From Phoronis australis (lineage: Eukaryota > Animalia > Phoronida), in assembly GCA_002633005.1 (NCBI GenBank), contig NMRA01000269.1, positions 345,169 to 409,168 on the forward strand: 64,000 nt of DNA, given 5' to 3'. This document shows positions 1 to 12,300 of this stretch, one piece after another; the first letter of the stretch is position 1, and each line of letters begins with the position of its first letter. The position numbers and the translations under genes were made by a program. The notes under the pieces were generated by a model that saw nothing but the letters and a program-made list of their open reading frames with translations, did not search any database and was not told where the DNA came from.

Positions 1-174
1 TGGCATTGTAGTTGGTGAGGGTTGTAATCAAAATTGATAGCTGTTATATTGGTGTGAGTATTTTTTGATATAGCGTTCAATTTAGATATTTATGTTAAAA
101 TTCTATCGAAATTGTATTTGTAGTAGGTCCATGTCAAACCTTGATGGCTGATATTGCTGTTCCTTTGTTTTCAG

Positions 175-370
175 GTTGGCCATCCAATCACTGCACAATC
201 TGGTGGTGAACTTCCCCGAGTGGCGACAGGATGTACTACATGGCTTTGTGCAGTTCATTCAGAAAGAGGTCGCCGACACTCAGCCTCAGATGTTGGACAA
301 CGCGCTTCGTCTGCTGGGGCAATACGTGATTCAGTGGAAGACGGCTGCGAGTTCGGCCGCAGGGGCCAAG
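175..370 (+). CDS. FRY: FRY exon ([20 protein letters not shown]...)
   Basis: ttttcag acceptor, AAG|gtgagt donor. Confidence 0.9.
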
Positions 371-3300
371 GTGAGTGGTGATCTTTGAAGCCACTAGGTG
401 GAGCTGCTATACTGACTGGTGCAGAGACATGTTGTAAAGAGCATGCATAAACACATCCAGACATTTGCTTGTGTGTGAAAGCTGCAGATTTGTGTCAGTA
501 ATATTGTGGTAGAACCTGTATAGTTCTGTGGTGAGTGTGGGGAGTCAACCTAGGATCGTGGGTTCAATCCCTGACTACTGCTGCTGCTGTGTAGCTGAGT
601 TCTTGAGTAAGGCACTTAGTGCAGCGTTGCTCAAGTCGAATTAGTTGTGTATTTGTATTGGCCGTAGCTTGGAAATTACCTAAGATGAACTGTTGTTGTG
701 TTTAGGAGGAGATGAAAGATTCTCATCTACTAAAGAACCTGAATTAGCAGCCGGTCTTATGAGCCTGATGGCTCACGAAGGATTTAGTTTTTTATATTAG
801 TTAGGTTTCTTAGAATTCATGTTCCTGCTGTAAGTAGCCCATGAACTGAAGCTGGCAACCCTTTCATCAACTCGTGCGGTCATTTTGCTGTGTTAAACAG
901 ATACTTGACTCTTCTTCAGGAGAAGTCGGAGCCTGTCGTTGAGCTGTCGGCGCATAGGCTGCCGTATGAGCGTAGTGCTCACGCCGCGGTGCTCAATGAA
1001 GTGGAGGCCTTGTCACTGGTCATGCTGTGCAGCTGTCGCTCGGTCACGCGGAAACTGGCGGTGAATCTGCTCAAAGAAGCGCGCAACCTGTTCCATATCC
1101 TTGGCTTCTCCAAGGTAATTGTAGTTTATAATTGGCTTGTGTGAGTGTAGATTTGTTCTTAATTTAGTCAACACAGCGTAGCAGCATATTCACTTGTGTT
1201 TCACGGTCTAACAGACCTTGTGAAATCTCATTACTGTGAATTCACTTTTAGATTCCACATAACGTTTGTGGTGAAATTGTTTGTTTCATGTGTTCACAGC
1301 TGTTGACATTCGCATCACTATGTCCTTGCGTACTTTATTTTTGATTATGGACTCTCCACCTTGTTAAGAGCATTTCTTTTCTCTTGCCTGTGCTAGGTGG
1401 ATGACCCCTGTGTCCTGGATGTGATTGACAGGGCCCTGCCCTCCATCATTGAGAACGTGCTGCCAACTCTTCCAGCTCAAGAACGGGTAGGTTGAGGCTT
1501 GTCATGGATTGTCAGTAGCAGCGTTATTTACCAGTCTAAGTGTTGAGAATGTGTAATTTGCTTCACTAATGGTTTTGGTTGAGTTGTGTGGGAAGGGAAG
1601 AGAATTAGATGGACAATGAGGGTAATATAAAAGTTAAAACTCATTAAGGCCTTGGTCATTGTGGTGGTGCTTGTGCCCATAAGGGTAACTTGTAAATTAG
1701 CCTTCAGCTTCACTATGATACCTTATTATGTATGTTATCAGTCAAAACATGTTGGGCGGATTAGGTAAAGGTTATACCATACAGATTTTTAAGTGGAGAA
1801 GTGTTATATATAGACTGATATAAGTACAACACAACACACAATACTGCATTCATTATGTACTGGATTTAACCAATGCCATTCTTGTTGACTCCACTTGATA
1901 ATTTTTCTTTCAGAACCTCATCCTGGCCACCTCCACTATAGACCTACAGTGGCTGGCTGACCGTACCTCCAGCACGTGGCTGCCCTCTATGTACAGCCAT
2001 GAGAACCAGGACAGCACGGGAATCGTCAGCACGACGGTTGTCCGGTCTTTTGACCCTTGGCTCGAGTGTCTGACCAAACTGATGGATGGGGACTACGTGG
2101 TGGGCTATTGTCCACACGCTGCCACGGCAACATGGCCGCTGGTCTTCTCGCGGCTGGAGAAACTCCTTCATCATGTGGACCCTGAGTAAGTTGACATGCT
2201 GGAGACTTTGTCAGGACAAGCGAAGCCCGAGATGTATTTATGGGCTGGGACCATTGGTAGCATATAATTAATATGTAATTTCTTTTATGTTCTACACTGT
2301 CTTTCATGTGGCTCGACCAATCAAATCTCACAAGAAGCAAAGCTGCGTGATGAGTGGAATGAATTAAATGTGATGCTACGCAGTAGAATAGTCTCTTACA
2401 GTACTTAAATATTTTAGAAAAAAAGTTGAATCCATTGCTTGGAAGCATTGTATTGTGCGTGTACTACTGTCAGCAACCTATGGGCGAAATATGAGTATTT
2501 TTGCAATGAAGTGAACTTTTGAAAATGGAAAATGACAATAACGTTGTTCAAATTAAAAGAAACTTTTACAGAATTATCACTTCATTTACAGCCACACGTA
2601 GTTCAGTAACACTGATGGTTTTGGTTGAAAGGGACTTGTTCAGTTGTTAACTTTGCTATGTATTGCTCTTCTTGCAGCAGTCCACAGAATGACAACAGAT
2701 CATCGTCTCTGCTGCGGTCAGGCATGAAGAAGATGACGCAGGAGCGCGACTGCTACATGAACCTTTGGTACTACTACGTCGTCTTCGCCTGTCGCCTCGC
2801 TCCTAGCACCTCCCCCACGGTCATACGCTGTTCCTCTCCAGATCTCAGCTCCTCACCGGAGAGCACCAGCTCGGAGAAGTCTGACGCCAAAGCCAACAAT
2901 CCCAACCCCATCACAGCAGCTAACCTGTTCAAGATGCTGGTGCCTCGAATCCGATGTGAGACGGAAGACATGAGAGACGCCGTCGTCAACGGGCTTGGCA
3001 AAATCAACCCAGATGCCTTTCAGTGAGTACAAGGCAGCGTGTCGATACAAGCTGATGTAAAGCAGGTTTTCAGTTATGAGAAACTTAAAGGACATGTAGG
3101 CCTGAGCTCAATCAGATAAAAACATTAAGTACTGAATCTTCGAATATTCTGACTCTGCAATTACATTGGTTGCGCAGTCTCCTGATAATCCCTTGCAATA
3201 TAATGTCACTGGATGTCATACTCACATTGTGAAGCTTGTGTCTATCGTCCACATTCAGTGACTAATGGTTTGCTCTTTCCCAATTTAATTTTCTTTATAA

Positions 3301-6300
3301 AATCGGGCCAAAAACACTTTATTGACTCGTTAGTTATCGTGTATTCAGGTCACTCATCGACGAGCTTCTGCCGTACATCAAAGATGCCATTGATCGTAAA
3401 CAAGAAAACAACAAACGTAAGAAAAAGCGCGACGTTCTCCGACTACAGCTCGGCAAGATCTTCCACCTGTTGGCCGAGGGTGGAACCTTCTCGCACCGGG
3501 TGGCACGTGTCCTTGACAAGGAGAAGCAGAGCCTGGCGTCGACGTTCGTGGACTATATTGACGGTGCGAGGCTGTACTTAGAGAATGAAGGCGAGAGAGA
3601 CACAATCACGCTTCAGTTGATACGGACACACTTCAGTGGCTTCATTACTCAGTTGACTCGACACCCTCCTGGTAAGGGACTCTTCGGTGTATGGCCATCT
3701 TTTTACGGTCAAAGTTTTAATACTTCACCGACATCAAAGGAGGTAAACAGTACGAGAAACTATTTTCTCGGCCATGGAATAATTAACAAGTGTACTGATG
3801 TTAAGTCATTCCTTTCGATGTGGTGAAAAAGTGTTGCTGGACATTGGCACTGTGGTTTTCTAGTAGTTCACAATGTTACTGTCCACTCAACTAATTAGGA
3901 ATTGTGGTCATTTATACAAGCTGCTTAATCACTATCTGTTCACTTGACTCTAGTCTTTGCTCAATTTTTCATTGCGCAAATTCCAGTTCGCCTTTGATGA
4001 CAAATGCAGAAAGCGGATACTTTGGGAGTTGACATCATGTTGTTTCATGCAACTTTTGAGTTTTTCATACAATTATAAATTAAAGTCCTGTTTTTTAATA
4101 GCCCCTCATGCAAAAGTGGAATTTTTGGGAACAGTTCTCAATAGCAATTCAGACAACAGTGTATTGAGCATGGTGTCAGAAAGTTTCACCTGAATCCAAT
4201 TGGCTGTTTCTGAGATATGACGTTTTGAAGTTTGCCAAATTTGGACACTTTTCGAGGGCCCTACACAGCCTTAATTAGCATAAATTATGTTAATTCCAGT
4301 CGACTCTCCAGAGAAGCTATTGACCCCTGAACTCAGGTACACCTTGTTCTACCTCTTTGCCAGTTGGAGTGGCCGCTTTGGTGACGTATTTGGTGCTACA
4401 TGTGCAATGTAAGTATTCTGTGCATACCTTTGGCTGTAAAACGACAGTTATAGAGCTTCCAAGTAAAATTCTTGAGCACTAGTTTTTAGGGTAATTGTTG
4501 GATATAACTTGCCTGCATTTTGAGGACCAGTTTTCTGCACTGAATAACAAGAATCAAACTGGTTCTCAAAATGTGAGCACGTTAAGTCCGACTATAGTAT
4601 TGCCAATTTTAGCAATCTACATATTATTGACTGTTGTATCGCTTGTGACGTCTTTGTCCATCTGTGTAGAAATGTGAAGTTCAACATAATTGTATTTTCA
4701 TTTTCAAACGTACAAACCATTGTTGCTCTTTTAGAAACAATAAAGATGAGGGTTACACTCAGCTGGAGAGGTCAGCAGTTCAAGCTATGTCTGCTGTGCT
4801 CTGTTGTGGCCCTGCGTTTGACCAGTCCAGTCTTAATGAAGGAGGTTATGTGTACTCTTGGCTTGATGTGCTTCTCAGTTCCCATGACGACACTGTAAGT
4901 TGGGTTTGAAATGCATTGAAGTGCGTGCATTTGATTCTCATTTTTTTCAATGCCTTGTCCAGGTTGTTAAAATGCTTGTCAGTAGTTATTGTGAAAGTCA
5001 ACAGTTAATTGTTTTAACATCATATCTCTCAATATCTTGTACAAATCTTTGGACATGTGCGTAACTTGGGAGATGTACATAATCTGTCTTTGTTAAATCT
5101 TGTTACTTTCCACTTAGAAAATCCCAGTTGTGGCGTTTGATGCTTTATTTTCATTGGTTGTACTGGTTCATTTCAGGACCAGTATCTTGATAAAATTGTT
5201 TTGTCTTTATTAAATGTTGACCTCACCAAATGTTTGTCGCCATGCCAACAACAGCACGCCAGCGAGGTGAGATTAGTAGCCACTGGTGCTTCCACCTTTT
5301 GGCCACGTCAGGGATATCCAGTTGCTTTGTAAACCCGGAGTGGCTTAGTTTTGTGGTTATAGCAGTGGAATGTATACTAGTGCTTGGTAACAGCGGTCGG
5401 TTTTATTTAAGCCACAATCACTGCATTTTACTTGGCAAAATTTCCTTTTTGCCAAGTATTAATTTTCTCTCATATTTTTTGTTTCCTTTTTGCATTTCAC
5501 AGGACACATTTTTTGTCTCGTTAGCATGAAATTTGCACAGAAGTTGTATGCCCTCAATGTCTCAAGGTCTGTTTTGTTTCTGGTTGAAATTGTATAGCAA
5601 ATGGCGCTGTGGTGGCCATATTTCGATTTTTTCACTGCCCTTTGAAATTTGGTCATAATAATGTGGAATGTTCTCATCAAGTGCTATGTTATGTACAATA
5701 TTTTTTCTTAATCATTTTTATCATCATTATTATCGTCCATCATCATCATCATCCGTCATCTTTCATCATCCGTCATCATCATTCTTTGCTATTTATTCAA
5801 TTTCGCCAAGTGTCTCTCTTTAAAGCACTTTCATTCTATTTTGTTTGGAGCCCTTCAGTTTATTCTTTACATTTGAGTTACAGTAGTTACATTGAGGGCC
5901 CTTCCCTGCTTTTCTGTGTTTAGACTTCTTATCCTCACATGTACGTGGGCGCATTATGCCGTAACCCCCTTTCGGCCATCGATCCAGCCTCCGGCGTCCG
6001 CTTCTGTATCTCCAAAACCCTTTGATGGATGTTCATGATATTTTGTTCGATATGTTCCTATCTTGTATGAGACAGTGCAGGTGAACTCTTTTGGGCAGAT
6101 CCCGCTGCCGCTGTGCCCCCTAGTGACTTCCAAACCTCATCAATGACCTTCTTTAAATTTGGCAAGTGTATTTCAATCTATGAATGTGACAATGGTAGAC
6201 AATGACTGCAGCACCCCCTTATGGCTATTTCATTTCTCCGTTGCTATGGTGACCCCAAGTGGCATTTATTGTCAGTTGCTCGGAATCTGTTAATAAATTA

Positions 6301-9300
6301 AAGTTCTTGATGGATATGCGTGAAATTTGTATTAGTTCCTACTGAGGAAAGTACAGCTGACATGGATTTTGGGGCAAATCTGACTACAGTGGAGTCCCCT
6401 AGTGGCAATTTTGATCTAGTTTGATATGTTGCAAGCTCCTTGATCGATGTTCATGAAATGTGGCAAATAAATTAGCACCACGTAGACGAGGGCACGTGCC
6501 CGCACGTCTTTGACCCATACTGCTCTTCCCAGTGGCCTTTTCTTGAGTTTGTGTCTGTTTTTTGTTATCTGCCTTCTTATCCTCAAAACTTGAAGAATCA
6601 GGATGAATGGTGGCAAGTGTGTTCTTATTGAGGAGAGCGTTGCTGACTTGCTGTGCGCCCCCTGGAGGCTATTTTAAGTTTACGAGCATTGCTCCCTTTG
6701 GTAGCAATATTTAAAATCTCTTGTACCTACACTGTATGCGATGCACATGGCGTCTGCGTATCAACACTCCGCGCTGCTCCTTTCATTCATTGGTGAATTT
6801 ATTTTATCCACTATTTTATCTGTGCAAGGTTTTGGTCATTTGCTTCACTCGCAGCTTTTCCCAATTTCTTTAGTAGAAAACCATGTAATGTCTGATTGCC
6901 AGAGATGGGTTTTTTAACTGTTTACAAACAACGAAAACTTCAGATCCATTTATCATTACACAGGATGGAATCAAACTAATTTTTCTCGTTATCAGGATTA
7001 ATTAGTGGACGTTAATAAGAATTTCACTTATTCAGTGTGCCTCAAGGATGTGGGTGTGCTGTAAACTTTCAGCCTGTTACAATAAAATCACGCCATTGCC
7101 GTGAAAACAGTCCAATTTGAACTGTGGCCAATGGTAATGAAGAATTTGAACACGTGCACACGAATGGTTGCAGAGTCTAGTAACTATAGGTTTTAAGAAT
7201 TTCACAGATGTCAGCATTGCTTACCTGTGTATTTCCACTTGTTATCTTGTTATCATCTTTCCTGTCAGGTATACCTGCTGGCCCAGGAGACTATGGTGCA
7301 TCTACTGGAGAACAACTCTGACTCACAGTACCTCCTTGAGTGGATTATTGACCGGTGTTATACGGGCTCATCAGAGGTCGCTGATGGCTGCTTCAATGCC
7401 TTGACCACTGTCTTCAACAACAGAGATTATCCGTGCCACCAAGTGCCCATGTTGAATGTTGCATTGTTGTACATTGGCTGTCCTCGCCAGAACATGCACG
7501 AAACAGCATTACAACTATTTTACATTCTTGACAAACGCTTCTTCGTCGACGAGCAGCCAATCTTTGAGACTGCATCCAAAGATGGTTCGGAGGAAGACTC
7601 TCCACCCACAAAGTCCCTGGAGGACTTCATTTTGTCACAGACATCAACCTCATATTGTCAATCACAGTTGCTGCTGTCAGGACAATTAGCCCATGTCCAC
7701 CCAGACCTGACCATGACATTCTTTTCAGGTGAGTCATTGTGAATTGTCTGTCATTAGGTGTGTTTGAACGCCGTGTTCTTAACAGGATTTGGGATTAAAA
7801 ATTGAACTATTCTTTCATGTTGTCAATGATTTAGTGTATTCACCGTGCTGCTTTTGCCTTGCTCACCCATTTTTAAATTTTCACTTGCCTTTTGGTGAAT
7901 GTTGTTGGAAACCTTGGTGAGGAAATTGAGTGTACAGTTTTAAGGCTGAATCTATTGCACAAGTTCTGCGTGCACTATACGCTAGGCTTACAGAGCATTG
8001 GGTGCGGAGACCACCAGGAAATTGAAATTAAGAATTGAATATAAAATAACGACTCGTCTAGAACCTTGAGCACGAACTTTAAAATTAGCGTTCAAGTAAA
8101 CAAAGACATAATGATCGGACATTTCGGTTTATTCACTATAAACCATTCTCAAGGCAAAAGTTGACGTTATTCAATCCGGTGACACAGGTGGAGGAGAACA
8201 GACACAAAGTGAGTGAATAATGTGAGCTTTTGCCTTGAGAATGGTTTATTGTGAATAAATCGAAACGTCGTATCATTATGCCTTTGTTTACTTACGTGCT
8301 AATTTTAAAGTTCGTGCTCATGTTTTGCCCAAAAACATATATGATCAATCGTCTAGAACCTTGGCCAAGATGATCTAATTATTAAATACCTCGCCAGCCG
8401 AACTCAGACGTAATTCATTTTACCTGTAGAAATCACGCAGCGTTTCCAGACAGCCCAGCCCTCGCTGCGTTCCTGTCTGCTGCGTTATCTTCATGCGTGG
8501 ATGTTGAACCTAGAATTAGTAGACCCCAATCTCAGCCAGGGGGACGAGGCGATGTCCCTGTTGATGAGGACCCTCGATGGAAGTAACACCTTCATGCAGC
8601 CCCCTCTCCAGGGTCCAGGGTGGGGCTCGCAGCAGGCTACAGAGATGGTGCTGAACAATCTACTCTACATCACCGTCAAGGTACACTGGTGTAGACTTTA
8701 ACTGGTCTGGGTATCGTTGAATGATTTCATGGTTTGCGCTGTAATTAGATTGTTAATTATTGGTTCGTCATCTTATAGGTGCAAACTTAAAAAATGTGTA
8801 GACTTGAAGAAATTGTTTTAATTTTATCTACTGGTATTGCATGACCTGAAGTGTTAGGTGAGCTATCAAACATGGGTCTGGATTAAAATTCGGACTTCAG
8901 ACTCAGATAGCTTCGATAGTTTAGATTTGTCCCAGACAGTCATATTGGGGATTCTATTGACACCAATATTTGCAGGTTTTACTTATGAAACTGACATCAA
9001 TGCGGAATTTCTTCTTGAGAGGGCTTTAAATATTAACTTCATGGCTTTGAATAGCAAATCATTCATCACCATATTGTTTCAGTTTGGAGACTTCCACCCT
9101 GATGAGGTGGAGTGCCTGTGGTCAGCCCTGGTCACGTGTTACCCTCATAACCTCAAGGTCATTGTCAGGTACCTGGTGATTGTCACAGGGATGGCTACAG
9201 CTGAGCTGCTTCCTTATGTAAGTGGCATTTTCATAGGCAAGTGTATTCAATTAGAGAGGTGGAAGTCATCTTGAGCACTGAAGACAAAAGCTTATTCAGT

Positions 9301-12300
9301 CGTTATTACTATACGCTTCTGCTCTTAATTAACGTCGCAGACTTGACAATGCGCGGAAAATTTTACGCACTATCGCTCAATAGTTGTCTGACGACGCGCA
9401 GTAAAATATTTTAAATATGGCTTTCTACCTGACCCTTTATGTTGTATTTGCAAATTATTTCCATTTTTGTTCTTTTAAACCCACTCTTTGTTTTATTCAG
9501 ATAGGCTGACATGTCGTTTGGTTCATTTATTCATTCCGTGTGATTTTCAAGCATTCCCCTTCTTTCTTCACAGAGCAAGCGTGTCATTGTTTACCTCGGT
9601 CGTGCTCAGCCACAGTGTGTGATTGAGGAGATGACCTTTGAACTCCAGCTTGTCGAGACCCTGCACTTCATGGTCGAGCGTACTCAGGCGTGTCCATTTT
9701 ACCGTCTGACCAATCCTCGAAAAATGACAAATTGTTCGGTAACATCGGGCGAAGACCATCCGAAGGAGATGGAACATGAACCAGAGTTGGAGAAGGGACT
9801 AATTCACACAAAGCGTAGGAATACAACAGATGAACTGGGGCTTGATGAGTAAGTACAATAGTATTGATGTGCCTAAAAAATGATATCGCGCATTATCTTT
9901 GTTTTAAAACTCCCACTTGTTTTGGAAATACCAGGAAAGTTTTCCTTTGATTAAGTTACACCTTAATTGTATGAGAGCACTTGTTGTGCCACCAGTGAAA
10001 ATTCACGCAGAGCAGTGAATTTTGGTTGCCGGGCTCTTTAATTTCTTAGAACTCTTGTCAACTGTTAAAGTCTACGTAATTGAGGCTGGTATTTCCTCGC
10101 CACGTACCCCTGTATGTGCAGGTGTCGTAATCTCCACCATCGCCATTATAGGAGCACTTCTCGGACCAACAGTGCCGCATCCCTACGTAGTGTGTCTAGT
10201 AACTCTAGCACGGGCAGTCTGAAGGAGAAGTGTGCAGTGGGAGGCAGTTTGACTATCAGCACAGCCGAAAGTTCTGGTAGGTGCTCTGCAGCTTGATGTG
10301 GGTTGTTGTAAATGGTTTTATAGACGTTTAGTGAAAACTTGTGATGTGGGAATTTAGTAGTTGTGAAAACTGTGTTTTTTGGCAAGAGAAGATTTTAACC
10401 TTCACGACATGTTTATTATTATTGTTGACTTTTCTCTAAGATTCATATTTAATTGATAAACGTGCTAGTCACGGTTGTAATGTATCTGTAAGTGGAACAA
10501 GAATTTATTTCATAAAACCTTGTTTCATTTATCTTCATTTTCTTTACCTTTATTCATTTAGGTGTCATTATTTCTTAGCAGATACCTAGAGATCTTTTTA
10601 TCTGATTTGTAATCTGTTCACAGAAGACAACTTCACCACCCTGAGGAAGCAGAAGGCGGAGCCAAAATCCCCTGTGCCCTACCCCCTGCCGATGCCCCCG
10701 TACGGAGGCTACTTTGCCCCTATGTCGGAATACCTGCCAGAAGTCGCGCAGTCTGTCCAGAGTCTACACAGGTGTAACCTAGCAGTGATGCTCATGACTG
10801 ACTTAGTCATTGACGGGCTTGATGTGGATTGGTCGATTCATTTACCGTTGATTCTACATATCATATTTCTGGGTACGTATTGAGGGGTGGGTATCTTAGT
10901 GAAGTTACTGTCATACTTGATGACCTCTCACCAGATAGCAGTCCGGCTCTGATGCTGAGCAGTTGTCCTGCAGGCCACGTGCATGTTAGACTCGTTTTTT
11001 TTTGGAGAGTGAATGGTACAAAAGCATTTCCCAATCGGCAACTATGAACGCTTCTTACTGTTTAGGATTACGCTAGGCACTTACCACAGTGTACACGTGG
11101 CTGGATTTTTTTATTTGAAGGTTGGGAACTGAGATGGGTGTCGGTGATAACCACTGCCCGTTTGGGACAACGTTCTTTCCTGCTTGTTTCAAATATTGCA
11201 GATTATCAAATCTAAATTTGTCGTTGAAAATTGGACATTTTCATTGTTAGGAATGCGAAAATCTGTTAACTATAATGGAAAAGAATAAAAGTACCGTGCA
11301 TTGCATCTGCTGTTCATTTGTTGATATGTCCCAACCTCTGTTGTGTAATCTGTCTGAGCAACAGAAGGGGGCGCCTTGTATACACAACAGCTTATCACAG
11401 TGATCTTAAAACCCCCAAAAAATGTTGTGAAATTTGAATGGGGAAGCTCGTCATGTATTGTAAATCATCTTACAAGTGGCATTTTCCCCTGATCTTTACG
11501 GAGGGGGTTCCACTAAAGTAACAAAAGGGTTGTTGTTGTCCCCCTTATTATAGTGTATGTACATTCACTGTGCACTGTGGACAGGAGGCCATAGATGTGT
11601 TATAATGACTTTTGAACTTCATAGGTATGGGTCACTACATTCTTGTCACTAGTTACGACACTATATATAACCTGCTGTTGAACTTGATCATGTAATCAGT
11701 ATGAACTAGAACGTTGCTGATATTTGTAACGTTCATTCCATGTTGCAGGAATGGATTACAACAAACTTGTTGTCCATGAACACTGCAAAAAGCTGTTGTT
11801 GAACTTGATCATGTGATCAGTATGAACTAGAATCCTGCTCATATTTGTAATGTTCATTACGTGTTACAGGAATGGATCACACAAAACCTCTCGTCCATGA
11901 ACACTGCAAGAAGCTGCTGTTGAACTTGATCCATGTGATCAGTATGAACTAGAATCCTGCTCATATTTGTAATGTTCATTACGTGTTACAGGAATGGATC
12001 ACACAAAACCTCTCGTCCATGAACACTGCAAGAAGCTACTGTTGAACTTAATCCATGTGATCAGTGTGAACAATAACTGTCTGTCCCTGGCTCGCTTGTT
12101 CATCAACCATCGGTCTGTCGTAGACACACATGCCTGGAGCTCGTCACACGCAGGTCACAAACACATTGGATTCACAAGTAAGTGGCTGATATTCACTGAT
12201 GCTGAACGCATATATTTCTGCAGTCTTCTGTTCTTATGTTTTGTTATGTGACTTCGTGAATATTACAAATTACTTTGTGATTGTTGATAATATCAGTCTG

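Noticed and set aside
512-580. tRNA gene
   Set aside because: A/B boxes are present but there is no cloverleaf; the sequence continues into a SINE body and tail
11672-12070. Regularly spaced repeats (also 38470-38720) as a CRISPR-like array
   Set aside because: Whole units repeat with no unique spacers, there are no cas genes, and the context is a spliced eukaryotic gene
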